Both the position numbers and the translations under genes were made by a program. Of a stretch of 64,000 bases of DNA, positions 52,229-60,956 are shown piece by piece. Source of the DNA: an uncultured bacterium (GTDB lineage: Bacteria > Fidelibacterota > Marinisomatia > Marinisomatales > UBA1611); NCBI GenBank assembly GCA_943788175.1, contig CALSPG010000005.1:64001-128000 (forward strand). The letters are read 5' to 3'. Within the stretch, counting starts at the first letter, position 1. Every line of letters begins with the position of its first letter. The notes beneath the pieces are model-generated. The model did no database searches, had not been told where the DNA came from, and was given only the letters and a program-made list of their open reading frames with translations.

Positions 52229-53044
52229 ATGTTAAAAGAAATTAAAGTTGGTGAAGTCGTCTTTGGGGATAACAATCTCGGAATCATCGCTGGTCCTTGT
52301 GTTATTGAAAACCGAGATCACTCGTTAAAAATGTCTTCAGCAATAAATGAAATTTCAAGAAAAGTACATCTTCCTATTATTTTTAAAAGCTCTTTTGACA
52401 AAGCAAACAGGACTTCTATTGAATCATTTAGAGGTCCTGGTATTGAAGAAGGATTGAAAATTTTAAGCGACGTAAAATCAGAAACCGGAATGAAAGTGCT
52501 TACAGATATTCACACTGCCGAGCAGGCTAAAATAGTAGCAGAGGTTGTAGATATAATTCAAATTCCTGCTTTCTTGAGTAGACAGACAGATATTCTCTTA
52601 GCTGCTGCAAAAACTGGGAAGATCGTTAATATTAAAAAGGGGCAGTTTTTAGCACCTTGGGATGTTGAGCATATTGTTAAAAAAGTTGAGGAATCGGGCT
52701 CAGAAAATATATTGCTGACTGATAGAGGTACTCAGTTTGGGTATAATAATTTAGTTGCTGATATGCGAGCAATTCCCCTTATGCAGAACTATGGATATCC
52801 AGTTGTTTTTGACGCGACTCACAGTGCACAATTGCCTGGAGGAAGCGGTGGGCATTCATCTGGCATGAGAGATATGATTCCAACGCTAGCTAAATCTGCA
52901 GTGGCTGCTGGGTGTAATGGTGTCTTTATGGAAGTTCATGATAATGTTGATTTGGCTAAATCAGATGCAGCAACACAATGGCCTTTAGATCAATTAACTT
53001 CTCTTCTAGTAGATTTAAAAAAAGTTCATAACTCACTTAGGTAA
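52229..53044 (+). CDS. kdsA: KDO 8-phosphate synthase
   Basis: IAGPCVIE, FDKANRTS, NIKKGQF and FDATHS motifs. Confidence 0.97.
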   Translation: MLKEIKVGEVVFGDNNLGIIAGPCVIENRDHSLKMSSAINEISRKVHLPIIFKSSFDKANRTSIESFRGPGIEEGLKILSDVKSETGMKVLTDIHTAEQAKIVAEVVDIIQIPAFLSRQTDILLAAAKTGKIVNIKKGQFLAPWDVEHIVKKVEESGSENILLTDRGTQFGYNNLVADMRAIPLMQNYGYPVVFDATHSAQLPGGSGGHSSGMRDMIPTLAKSAVAAGCNGVFMEVHDNVDLAKSDAATQWPLDQLTSLLVDLKKVHNSLR

Positions 53045-53048
53045 ATAT

Positions 53049-53576
53049 ATGATTGACTATAAAAAAATTGAAATGATCATTTCTGATATTGATGGCGTTT
53101 GGACTGACGGCTCTATTTATAGAGGAACTGATAATATGGAATTTAAAAAATTTTCTGTTTTTGATGGGGTTGGAGTTGCCTATGCTAGGGCAGCAGATTT
53201 AAAAATTGCAATTATTTCTGCTCGTTATTCTCCAGCCACAGAGTTTCGAGCAAAAGAATTAAAAATTGATGACTGTTACAATGGGGGATTAAACAAGTTG
53301 CATGCTTACAACGATTTAAAGAAGAAGTATTCATTATATGACGATCAAATCTCCTATTTAGGAGATGATATGGTTGATCTACCGGTTATGGAATTAGTTG
53401 GTTTACCAATTGCTGTAGCTAACGCCACCCCAGATATTATTCAAGTAGCGAAGCACACAACTGAGACTAAAGGTGGTGAAGGTGCTTTTAGAGAAGCGGT
53501 TGAATGGATTATTAAAAAGCAGAATAGAACAGAAGAAGTAAAAGAAGCAATGATAAGAAGAGTACTGAAAAGCTGA
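53049..53576 (+). CDS. kdsC: KDO 8-phosphate phosphatase (HAD C0)
   Basis: DIDGVWTDG, GDDMVD and GGEGAFRE motifs; position in kds cluster. Confidence 0.88.
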   Translation: MIDYKKIEMIISDIDGVWTDGSIYRGTDNMEFKKFSVFDGVGVAYARAADLKIAIISARYSPATEFRAKELKIDDCYNGGLNKLHAYNDLKKKYSLYDDQISYLGDDMVDLPVMELVGLPIAVANATPDIIQVAKHTTETKGGEGAFREAVEWIIKKQNRTEEVKEAMIRRVLKS

Positions 53577-53579
53577 TTA

Positions 53580-54107
53580 ATGAAAAAGCTAATTTGGTTA
53601 AATGTTTCATTGTTAATTTTGTTTGGATGCTCATCTGAACCGCCTGATTTATTTTTAGAAAAAGGAACTGATTTTCCAGATCAAGAAAGTTGGGGTGTTA
53701 CAATAATTTTAACAGACTCTTCAATTGAAAGAGCCAGAGTAAACTCGGGCCATTTAGAAAAATATAATCAGAAAAAGCATATTTTACTTGATGACAAAGT
53801 TCAAGTAGACTTTTTTGATAAAAAACAGACGCATGTTGCGGTATTAAATAGTTATAAAGCTGAGGTAGATCAAAAGACAAATAATATGAAAGCAATCGGT
53901 AACGTGGTTGCAATTTCTGATAGTGGGATTACGTTGTTTACAGACACGCTTTATTGGGACGCAAAAAATGAAAAAATGAGTACTTTGGATTCTGTTATGA
54001 TTACGACATTGAATGAAGACACACTCTATGGTATTGGCTTTGAATCTGACTCAGATTTAGAGAATTGGAAAATATTGAAGCCCTCTGGCGTAACTGGAAG
54101 AAATTGA
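53580..54107 (+). CDS. lptC: LPS export ABC transporter periplasmic protein LptC (lipoprotein form)
   Basis: Lipobox LFGC; beta-jellyroll pattern (A.GNVV, L.TDTLYWD, G.GFESD); position before lptB. Confidence 0.85.
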   Translation: MKKLIWLNVSLLILFGCSSEPPDLFLEKGTDFPDQESWGVTIILTDSSIERARVNSGHLEKYNQKKHILLDDKVQVDFFDKKQTHVAVLNSYKAEVDQKTNNMKAIGNVVAISDSGITLFTDTLYWDAKNEKMSTLDSVMITTLNEDTLYGIGFESDSDLENWKILKPSGVTGRN

Positions 54108-54108
54108 T

Positions 54109-54852
54109 ATGAGCGAAAAAAAGATAACTTGTCTCTCAGCGAAAGGCTTGCATAAGCAATATGGCTCAAGGATGGTTGTCAATGATGTTGATATCTCGGT
54201 GAATCGAAATGAAGTTGTGGGTTTGTTAGGGCCTAATGGAGCTGGAAAGACGACAACATTTTACATGATTACTGGCATGGTTAAGCCAACTAAAGGCGAT
54301 ATCTTTTTAGATGATCATAAAATCACAAACGACCCAATGTATCGAAGAGCTAGGAAAGGCGTTGGATATCTTGCACAGGAACCTTCTATTTTTTCAAAAT
54401 TAACTGTAGAAAATAATTTAAAGCTAGTGCTTGAGATGAGAAAAGATCTTACAAAAGATGAGCAAGAAGAAAAGCTAAACTCTTTATTAGACGATTTTTC
54501 TGTTACTAAATTAAGAAGTAGTAAAGGAGGAACACTTTCAGGGGGGGAAAGAAGGCGCGTAGAAATTGCTAGATCTCTTTGCATGGACCCTGACTTTGTC
54601 CTACTAGACGAGCCTTTTGCAGGGGTTGATCCAATTGCAGTAGAAGAGATTCAGTCTATTGTTAACTCTTTAAAAGAAAGAAATATAGGTGTTTTAATTA
54701 CTGATCACAATGTAAGAGAAACTCTTTCAATAACAGACCGTTCATATCTTCTTTTTAATGGTCAAATTTTAAAATCAGGGACTTCTGAAGATTTAGCGAA
54801 TGATAAAGAAGCAAAAAGGCTTTATCTCGGAGAAAAATTTAGGTTAGACTAG
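54109..54852 (+). CDS. lptB: LPS export ABC transporter ATP-binding protein
   Basis: GPNGAGKTTTFYM, LSGGERRRVEIAR, DEPFAGVDPIAV and ITDHNVRETL motifs. Confidence 0.97.
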   Translation: MSEKKITCLSAKGLHKQYGSRMVVNDVDISVNRNEVVGLLGPNGAGKTTTFYMITGMVKPTKGDIFLDDHKITNDPMYRRARKGVGYLAQEPSIFSKLTVENNLKLVLEMRKDLTKDEQEEKLNSLLDDFSVTKLRSSKGGTLSGGERRRVEIARSLCMDPDFVLLDEPFAGVDPIAVEEIQSIVNSLKERNIGVLITDHNVRETLSITDRSYLLFNGQILKSGTSEDLANDKEAKRLYLGEKFRLD

Positions 54853-54855
54853 TAT

Positions 54856-56196
54856 ATGCCTCGTTTATCACAAAGACTTGAGCAAAAACAAAAGCTTGCT
54901 CCTAGGCAAGTATTGCAAGCTAGACTTCTTCAATTAAACACGATAAACCTTGAGCAAACAATTTTAAAGGAGCTTGAGCTTAATCCTATCTTAGAACAAG
55001 TAGAGCCGGAAGAATTCGAAGAGAAATCAATGGCCGAAGAGGTGTTGGAAGAACTTGATGCACCAATAGAAGATGTATATACGGATGAAAGTTCATACTA
55101 CCTTGATCAAGAAAAAGCAGACTTACCAGTACCAGATAGGAATACTTTTATTGAAAAAATTATTGATCAATTAAAAGACTTAGGCCTCACAGACTTGGAA
55201 AAGGATATTGCAGAAGAAATACTTTGGAATATAAATGAAAGAGGCTATCTGGATACAGACCTAATACTAATTGCTGATAATTTTGGGTTGGAAGAGGAAG
55301 ATCTTGAACCAATTCTTTTAGTCATACAGCGTATGAATCCAAAAGGTCTAGCATCTAGAAATCTTAAAGAGTGTTTAGCTATACAACTTGAAGATGACAA
55401 AGATTCTCTATCCTACAGGATAGTATCAAAATATTTTGATGATTTTATGCATAAAAGATATGATAAAATTAAAATCAAACTAAAATGTTCAAGCTCAGAA
55501 CTTCATGACGCTGTTAAAAAAATATCCAAATTAAACCCCCGCCCAGGAGAAGGGTATGCTGATAGCTTTCAAGTCATAATTCCTGATTTAGTCGTAAGAG
55601 AAGATGGGGACGATTGGTTAATTACTACTAATGATGGTGGCGTTCCAGAACTTAGAATTAGTAAAACTTATGAAAATGGTATAGAAAATGGAGAGTTTGT
55701 TGGTAAGGCAAAAACGTTTGTGCGAGAAAAAATAGATTCAGCAAACTGGTTTATTGAAGCAGTCAAGCAAAGAAGAGTTACTATGGTTAATGTGATGAGG
55801 GCAATTATAAAAAATCAGCCTGAATGGTTTGCCGGGGATATGAATCACCTTAGTCCTCTTAAGTTGCAAGATATAGCGGAAGAAATTGGCATGGACATTT
55901 CTACAATTAGTAGGTCAACTCGTGGTAAGTTTGTAGATACTCCTCATGGAGTATTTGAACTAAAACATTACTTTACAGACGCAATAGAGCTTGAGAATGG
56001 AAAAATTCTAGGGACATTTGTAATCAAAAAAGAGTTGCAAAATATAATTAATTTAGAAAATAAAAAGATTCCATTTAATGATGACACTTTAGTTCAACTA
56101 TTAAAGGATAAAGGTTATAAGCTTGCAAGAAGAACGGTGGCAAAGTATCGAGACCAGCTAGGTGTTCCCGTAGCAAGACTTAGAAAAGAAATATAA
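54856..56196 (+). CDS. rpoN: RNA polymerase sigma-54 factor
   Basis: Gln/Leu-rich region I, HTH (STISR), RpoN box ARRTVAKYR. Confidence 0.97.
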   Translation: MPRLSQRLEQKQKLAPRQVLQARLLQLNTINLEQTILKELELNPILEQVEPEEFEEKSMAEEVLEELDAPIEDVYTDESSYYLDQEKADLPVPDRNTFIEKIIDQLKDLGLTDLEKDIAEEILWNINERGYLDTDLILIADNFGLEEEDLEPILLVIQRMNPKGLASRNLKECLAIQLEDDKDSLSYRIVSKYFDDFMHKRYDKIKIKLKCSSSELHDAVKKISKLNPRPGEGYADSFQVIIPDLVVREDGDDWLITTNDGGVPELRISKTYENGIENGEFVGKAKTFVREKIDSANWFIEAVKQRRVTMVNVMRAIIKNQPEWFAGDMNHLSPLKLQDIAEEIGMDISTISRSTRGKFVDTPHGVFELKHYFTDAIELENGKILGTFVIKKELQNIINLENKKIPFNDDTLVQLLKDKGYKLARRTVAKYRDQLGVPVARLRKEI

Positions 56197-56213
56197 ACAG
56201 AGGAGATGTTAAC

Positions 56214-57188
56214 ATGGCAAGAAAAATAATCGTTGGTGATCAAGAGTTTACTATTCCTGATAAATTCCCAAAAAGTGGATTATCAATTGGGATACTTTTA
56301 GCCGCATTATTCGCGGTTTGGAGTTCAGTATATCGGGTTGAATTAGAAGAGGAAGGCGTCTTGATGACGTTGGGAGAATATTCAGGGTTAGTACAATCGG
56401 GTATTCATTTAAAATGGCCTGCTCCAATTCAAACAGTTATAAAAATTCCTACAAAAAGAGAGCTAGAGATGGAATTTGGGCAACGTGGGACGACAGGATC
56501 TGACAGAAGAGTTAATCGCTCTGAAATTGAAGAGGAGTCTCTTATGCTAACGGGTGACTTGAATGTAGCTGTTGTTCCATGGAAAACGCAATATAGGATA
56601 GTTGAGCCAAGCAAGTTTTTATTTAAAGTGAAAGACCCAATTGGAACATTTCGCGATATGAATGAAGCTGTTATGCGTGAAGTTATTGGCGATAGGAGTG
56701 TTAACGAAGTTCTTACCGCTGGTCGCCAAGAGATTGCGGCAAAAATGGAAGTAAAGCTTCAAGAGATGTGTGACCAATATGAAAACGGAATAAAAATTAA
56801 TAGAATTCTGCTTCAGAAAGTACTGCCTCCAAAACAGGTGCAGGATGCTTTCAATGAGGTAAATACTGCAGAGCAAGAAAAAGAGAAAATGATAAATCAA
56901 GCTCTGGGAGATTATAATCGTATTATCCCTAGAGCTAGAGGTGAAGCAGAGCAAACTGTTCAACAAGCTGAAGGTTACTCAATGGACCGTATAAATAGAG
57001 CAAAGGGTGATGCTTCGCTGTATAGTAATCTTTTAAAAGCATATAAAAAGTCACCAGAGGTGACAAAGGATAGGATTTATCTTGAAACAATGGCAAAGGT
57101 ATATCCAAATGTAAAACAAAAAATAATCTTAGATAAGGAATTAGAAGGTGTCTTGCCTCTTCTTCCACTTGGTCAGGAGAGCAAATAA
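56214..57188 (+). CDS. hflK: FtsH protease modulator HflK
   Basis: SPFH domain; MLTGDLN, VQDAF, IIPRARGEA and PEVTKDRIYLETM motifs. Confidence 0.95.
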   Translation: MARKIIVGDQEFTIPDKFPKSGLSIGILLAALFAVWSSVYRVELEEEGVLMTLGEYSGLVQSGIHLKWPAPIQTVIKIPTKRELEMEFGQRGTTGSDRRVNRSEIEEESLMLTGDLNVAVVPWKTQYRIVEPSKFLFKVKDPIGTFRDMNEAVMREVIGDRSVNEVLTAGRQEIAAKMEVKLQEMCDQYENGIKINRILLQKVLPPKQVQDAFNEVNTAEQEKEKMINQALGDYNRIIPRARGEAEQTVQQAEGYSMDRINRAKGDASLYSNLLKAYKKSPEVTKDRIYLETMAKVYPNVKQKIILDKELEGVLPLLPLGQESK

Positions 57189-58126
57189 TGGGAAAGTTAA
57201 TTAGTATAATTGTTACAGTTGGTATTTTTGCTGCAGTACTCATTTTCGGAGGAGCTTTTTATATTGTAAATGAAAGCGAGCAGGTCGTAATTACTCAGTT
57301 TGGTAAACCAGTTGGAGATCCAATAACAACACCTGGTTTGAAAATAAAAACTCCATTTTTAGAGACTGCAAATTATTTTGATAAAAGGTTCTTAGCTTGG
57401 GATGGAGAACCGAAACAGGTTTCCACTAGAGATAAGCGTTTTATTAATATTAATACTTATGCTCGTTGGAGGATTTCAGACCCATTGCAGTATGCAAAAA
57501 GTTTATCTGATGAGTCTAGAGCTAAGAATCGGATTGGTTCTGTACTCGAAGGCGCTACTCAAAATGCAATTGCAAAACACGATTTGATTGAGCTAGTCAG
57601 GACTACAAACAGAGATTATATAGTAAATAATGAAGATACTAATGATCAGTCGAGTAAAGAAAAAACTGTAATAAAAAGTGGAAGAGATGAGTTGACTAGA
57701 GAAATACTAGAGATCGCCAAATCTAGTACAAGCGAGCTAGGTATAGAAATTCTAGATTTCCAGTTTAAGCGAATTAATTATGTACCCGAAGTGCGGAAAA
57801 AAGTATACGAACGTATGGTTTCAGAGCGTAAGCGGATTGCAGAAGAGTTCCGTTCTCAAGGTGCAGGAGAGTCAGCTAGAATTAGCGGTCAAAAAGATAG
57901 AGACCTCAAAGAAATTACTTCAGATGCCTACAGGCGTTCTCAAGAAATCAAAGGTAAGGCAGACGCAAAGGCTGCTAATATATACGCAGCCGCCTACAAT
58001 AAAGACCCGGCATTTTATCGTTTTATGAGAACTATGGAGATATATGGAGAGACTTTAGATAAAGAAACTATTTTGGTTTTAAGCACTGAAGGAGATTTCT
58101 TAAAGTATCTTGGATCTGTAAAATGA
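57188..58126 (+). CDS. hflC: FtsH protease modulator HflC
   Basis: TQFGKP, TRDK, RMVSERKRIA..FRSQG and FYRFMR motifs. Confidence 0.95.
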   Translation: MGKLISIIVTVGIFAAVLIFGGAFYIVNESEQVVITQFGKPVGDPITTPGLKIKTPFLETANYFDKRFLAWDGEPKQVSTRDKRFININTYARWRISDPLQYAKSLSDESRAKNRIGSVLEGATQNAIAKHDLIELVRTTNRDYIVNNEDTNDQSSKEKTVIKSGRDELTREILEIAKSSTSELGIEILDFQFKRINYVPEVRKKVYERMVSERKRIAEEFRSQGAGESARISGQKDRDLKEITSDAYRRSQEIKGKADAKAANIYAAAYNKDPAFYRFMRTMEIYGETLDKETILVLSTEGDFLKYLGSVK

Positions 58127-58668
58127 AAAACCAAAAAATAAGGTCAACTACCATTCTAGGTGTGCGCTCACAAAGAAAAGTTGCTATTGCAGGAGATGGG
58201 CAGGTTACTTTTGGAGATATGGCAATGAAACAGAAAGCTGTTAAAGTTAGAAAGTTTGATAGTCCAAAAGGCGGAGTCGTTGGTGGTTTTGCTGGCGCAG
58301 CTGCAGATGCTCTTACACTTTTTGAAAAATTTGAACAAAAGCTTGAGGAGTATGAAGGTGATTTAAAAAGGTCTGTGGTCGAAATGGCAAAGGATTGGAG
58401 AATGGATAAAATGCTTCGTCATCTAGAAGCCTTATTATTAGTAATGGACAAAAAAGATAGTTTTATCATTGCTGGGGATGGAAATGTAATTGAGCCAGAT
58501 GGACCTGTTGTTTCGATTGGTTCAGGAGGAGGTTTTGCGCAAGCAGCAGCTATTGCCTTTCATCAATCTGGAAAATACTCTGCAAAAAAAATTGCAGAAG
58601 AATCTTTAAAAATTGCTGCTGGATTATGTATTTATACAAATGATTCAATTACCGTATTGGAGCTTTAA
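58123..58668 (+). CDS. hslV: ATP-dependent protease peptidase subunit HslV
   Basis: S|TTIL catalytic Thr, GDGQVT, GFAG and IGSGG motifs. Confidence 0.97.
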   Translation: MKNQKIRSTTILGVRSQRKVAIAGDGQVTFGDMAMKQKAVKVRKFDSPKGGVVGGFAGAAADALTLFEKFEQKLEEYEGDLKRSVVEMAKDWRMDKMLRHLEALLLVMDKKDSFIIAGDGNVIEPDGPVVSIGSGGGFAQAAAIAFHQSGKYSAKKIAEESLKIAAGLCIYTNDSITVLEL

Positions 58669-60008
58669 TGAAAGAACTTACCCCTAAACAGATTGTCCGC
58701 GAGCTTGATAAATACATAATTGGTCAATCAAAAGCTAAAAAAGCGGTTGCAATAGCTATGAGAAATAGATGGAGACGGCAACAAGTTGATGGTTATATGC
58801 GAAACGAAATTATGCCAAATAACATAATAATGATAGGCTCTACAGGTGTTGGTAAAACTGAAATATCTAGGAGATTAGCTGCTTTGACTAGTGCTCCATT
58901 TGTAAAAGTGGAAGCTAGTAAATTTACTGAGGTTGGTTATGTAGGTAGAGACGTTGAATCCATGGTAAGAGATTTAATGGATACTTCTTTTAATATGGTA
59001 CAGAGAGAAAAAGAAGAAGAGGTTGTCGAGTTAGCTGAAAGCATGGCAAACGAAAGAATCATAGATATCCTTTTTACAGAAAAGGACTCAAAAAAGTCTA
59101 CATCGACTGATGAAGCCAATGAGAGGCATGCAAAGACCCGAGCGAGACTTAGGAAAAAATTAGAAAACGGAGATTTTGAAGAAACTATAATTGAAATTGA
59201 AATTGAGCAAGAATCTATAGCTGGGATGCAAGTTTTAGGGCCGATTGGGATGGATGATTTTGGAATGAACATTAAAGATATGCTAAGTAATGCAATTCCT
59301 AAATCTAAAAAGCCTAGAAAAATGCCAGTAACTGAAGCGAGAGAAGTCCTTATTGATTCTGAAGCTCAGAAACTAATAGATAATGATGAAGTCATTCGCA
59401 TAGCTAAGGATAAAGTAGAGAATAATGGTATTATTTTTATAGATGAGATTGACAAAGTTGTTAATGGGAATGGCGGACAAGGGCCTGATGTGAGTAGGGA
59501 AGGAGTGCAAAGAGATTTATTACCAATTGTTGAAGGAAGTAACGTAAATACAAAATATGGGGTTGTCTCAACTGACCATATCTTATTTATTGCTGCTGGT
59601 GCTTTCCATATAAGTACTCCTTCTGAGATGATTCCTGAACTGCAAGGTAGGTTCCCAATTAGAGTTGAATTAGATAAACTAAAAACAAAAGATTTTATAA
59701 AAATATTAACCCACCCTAAATCAGCCTTGATTAAACAGTATGTTGCTCTTTTAGAAGCAGAGGGAGTTGTTCTCGAATTTGAGCCTTCCTCTATTAAAGC
59801 AATTTCAGAGCTTGCGACTGAAGTGAATACAAAAACTGAAAACATTGGGGCTAGGAGACTTCATACGATTATGACGACCTTGCTTGAGGAGCCGCTATAT
59901 GAACATCCAAAAAAGGGCCAAACAAAATTAAAAATCACGGCAAAGTATGTAAAAGAAGCTTTGGGCGATATTGTTTTTGATGAAGATTTAAGTAGATACA
60001 TTTTATAA
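58668..60008 (+). CDS. hslU: ATP-dependent protease ATPase subunit HslU
   Basis: GVGKTE, GYVG pore loop, DEIDK, ENIGARRL, C-terminal DLSRYIL. Confidence 0.98.
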   Translation: MKELTPKQIVRELDKYIIGQSKAKKAVAIAMRNRWRRQQVDGYMRNEIMPNNIIMIGSTGVGKTEISRRLAALTSAPFVKVEASKFTEVGYVGRDVESMVRDLMDTSFNMVQREKEEEVVELAESMANERIIDILFTEKDSKKSTSTDEANERHAKTRARLRKKLENGDFEETIIEIEIEQESIAGMQVLGPIGMDDFGMNIKDMLSNAIPKSKKPRKMPVTEAREVLIDSEAQKLIDNDEVIRIAKDKVENNGIIFIDEIDKVVNGNGGQGPDVSREGVQRDLLPIVEGSNVNTKYGVVSTDHILFIAAGAFHISTPSEMIPELQGRFPIRVELDKLKTKDFIKILTHPKSALIKQYVALLEAEGVVLEFEPSSIKAISELATEVNTKTENIGARRLHTIMTTLLEEPLYEHPKKGQTKLKITAKYVKEALGDIVFDEDLSRYIL

Positions 60009-60017
60009 GGAATAAAA

Positions 60018-60935
60018 ATGAAACACTTTTTACATATATCAGACTATAGTAATTCAGAATTATGGGAGATATTAAAATTAGCGAAAGATTTAAAATCTAA
60101 ATTCCATTTAAGAGGTGATTATAAACTGTTTAAAAATAGATCTCTTGCAATGATATTTGCTAAACCTTCTGCGCGCACGAGAGTCTCATTTGAAACTGGT
60201 TTTGAATGGATGGGTGGGCACGCACTTTTTCTTGGGCCTAATGATATTGGGATTGGTAAAAGAGAGGCCATCAAAGATATTTCAAGATTGTTTAGTAGAT
60301 ATAATGATGTAATAATGGCCCGCCTCTTTGACCACGATCATATCCTTGAATTAGCAGAGTATTCTACAATCCCTGTAATTAATGGATTAACAGACTATAA
60401 TCATCCTTGTCAAATTATGACTGATATATTTACTGTCTGGGAACATCTTGAAGTCATTGATAATCCAAAAATTGTTTACATGGGAGATGGAAATAATATT
60501 GTTCATTCTTGGTTGCAATTGGCAATGAAAATCCCAATAGACTTTGTGTGTTGTTGTCCAGAAGGTTTTAAACCAGATGAAGCTACTTTACAAAAAGCTA
60601 TTGATTCTGGAATTTCAAAAATAAATATATCGCATAACCCGAACATAGCTATCCTTAATGCTGATATTGTATATACAGATGTTTGGGCTTCAATGGGTCA
60701 AAAAGATGAAGCAGCTGAACGAGAAAAGTTATTTAATAGTTTCCAAGTCAATGAAGATTTAATAGAAAAGTCTGGTAAAAAGACACTTTTTATGCATTGT
60801 TTACCTGCAGAGAGAGGAAAGGAAGTCACGGATGGTGTTATGGAAGCTGATTACTCCATTGTGTTTGATCAAGCAGAAAATAGAATGCATGTGCAAAATG
60901 CAATTATGGCTTATTTATTTGAAAAAAATAGATAA
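60018..60935 (+). CDS. argF: Ornithine carbamoyltransferase
   Basis: PSARTR (STRT-equivalent), HPCQ, DVWASMG, HCLP and QAENR motifs. Confidence 0.93.
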   Translation: MKHFLHISDYSNSELWEILKLAKDLKSKFHLRGDYKLFKNRSLAMIFAKPSARTRVSFETGFEWMGGHALFLGPNDIGIGKREAIKDISRLFSRYNDVIMARLFDHDHILELAEYSTIPVINGLTDYNHPCQIMTDIFTVWEHLEVIDNPKIVYMGDGNNIVHSWLQLAMKIPIDFVCCCPEGFKPDEATLQKAIDSGISKINISHNPNIAILNADIVYTDVWASMGQKDEAAEREKLFNSFQVNEDLIEKSGKKTLFMHCLPAERGKEVTDGVMEADYSIVFDQAENRMHVQNAIMAYLFEKNR

Positions 60936-60956
60936 GAATAGTTTTTACCTCAATTA

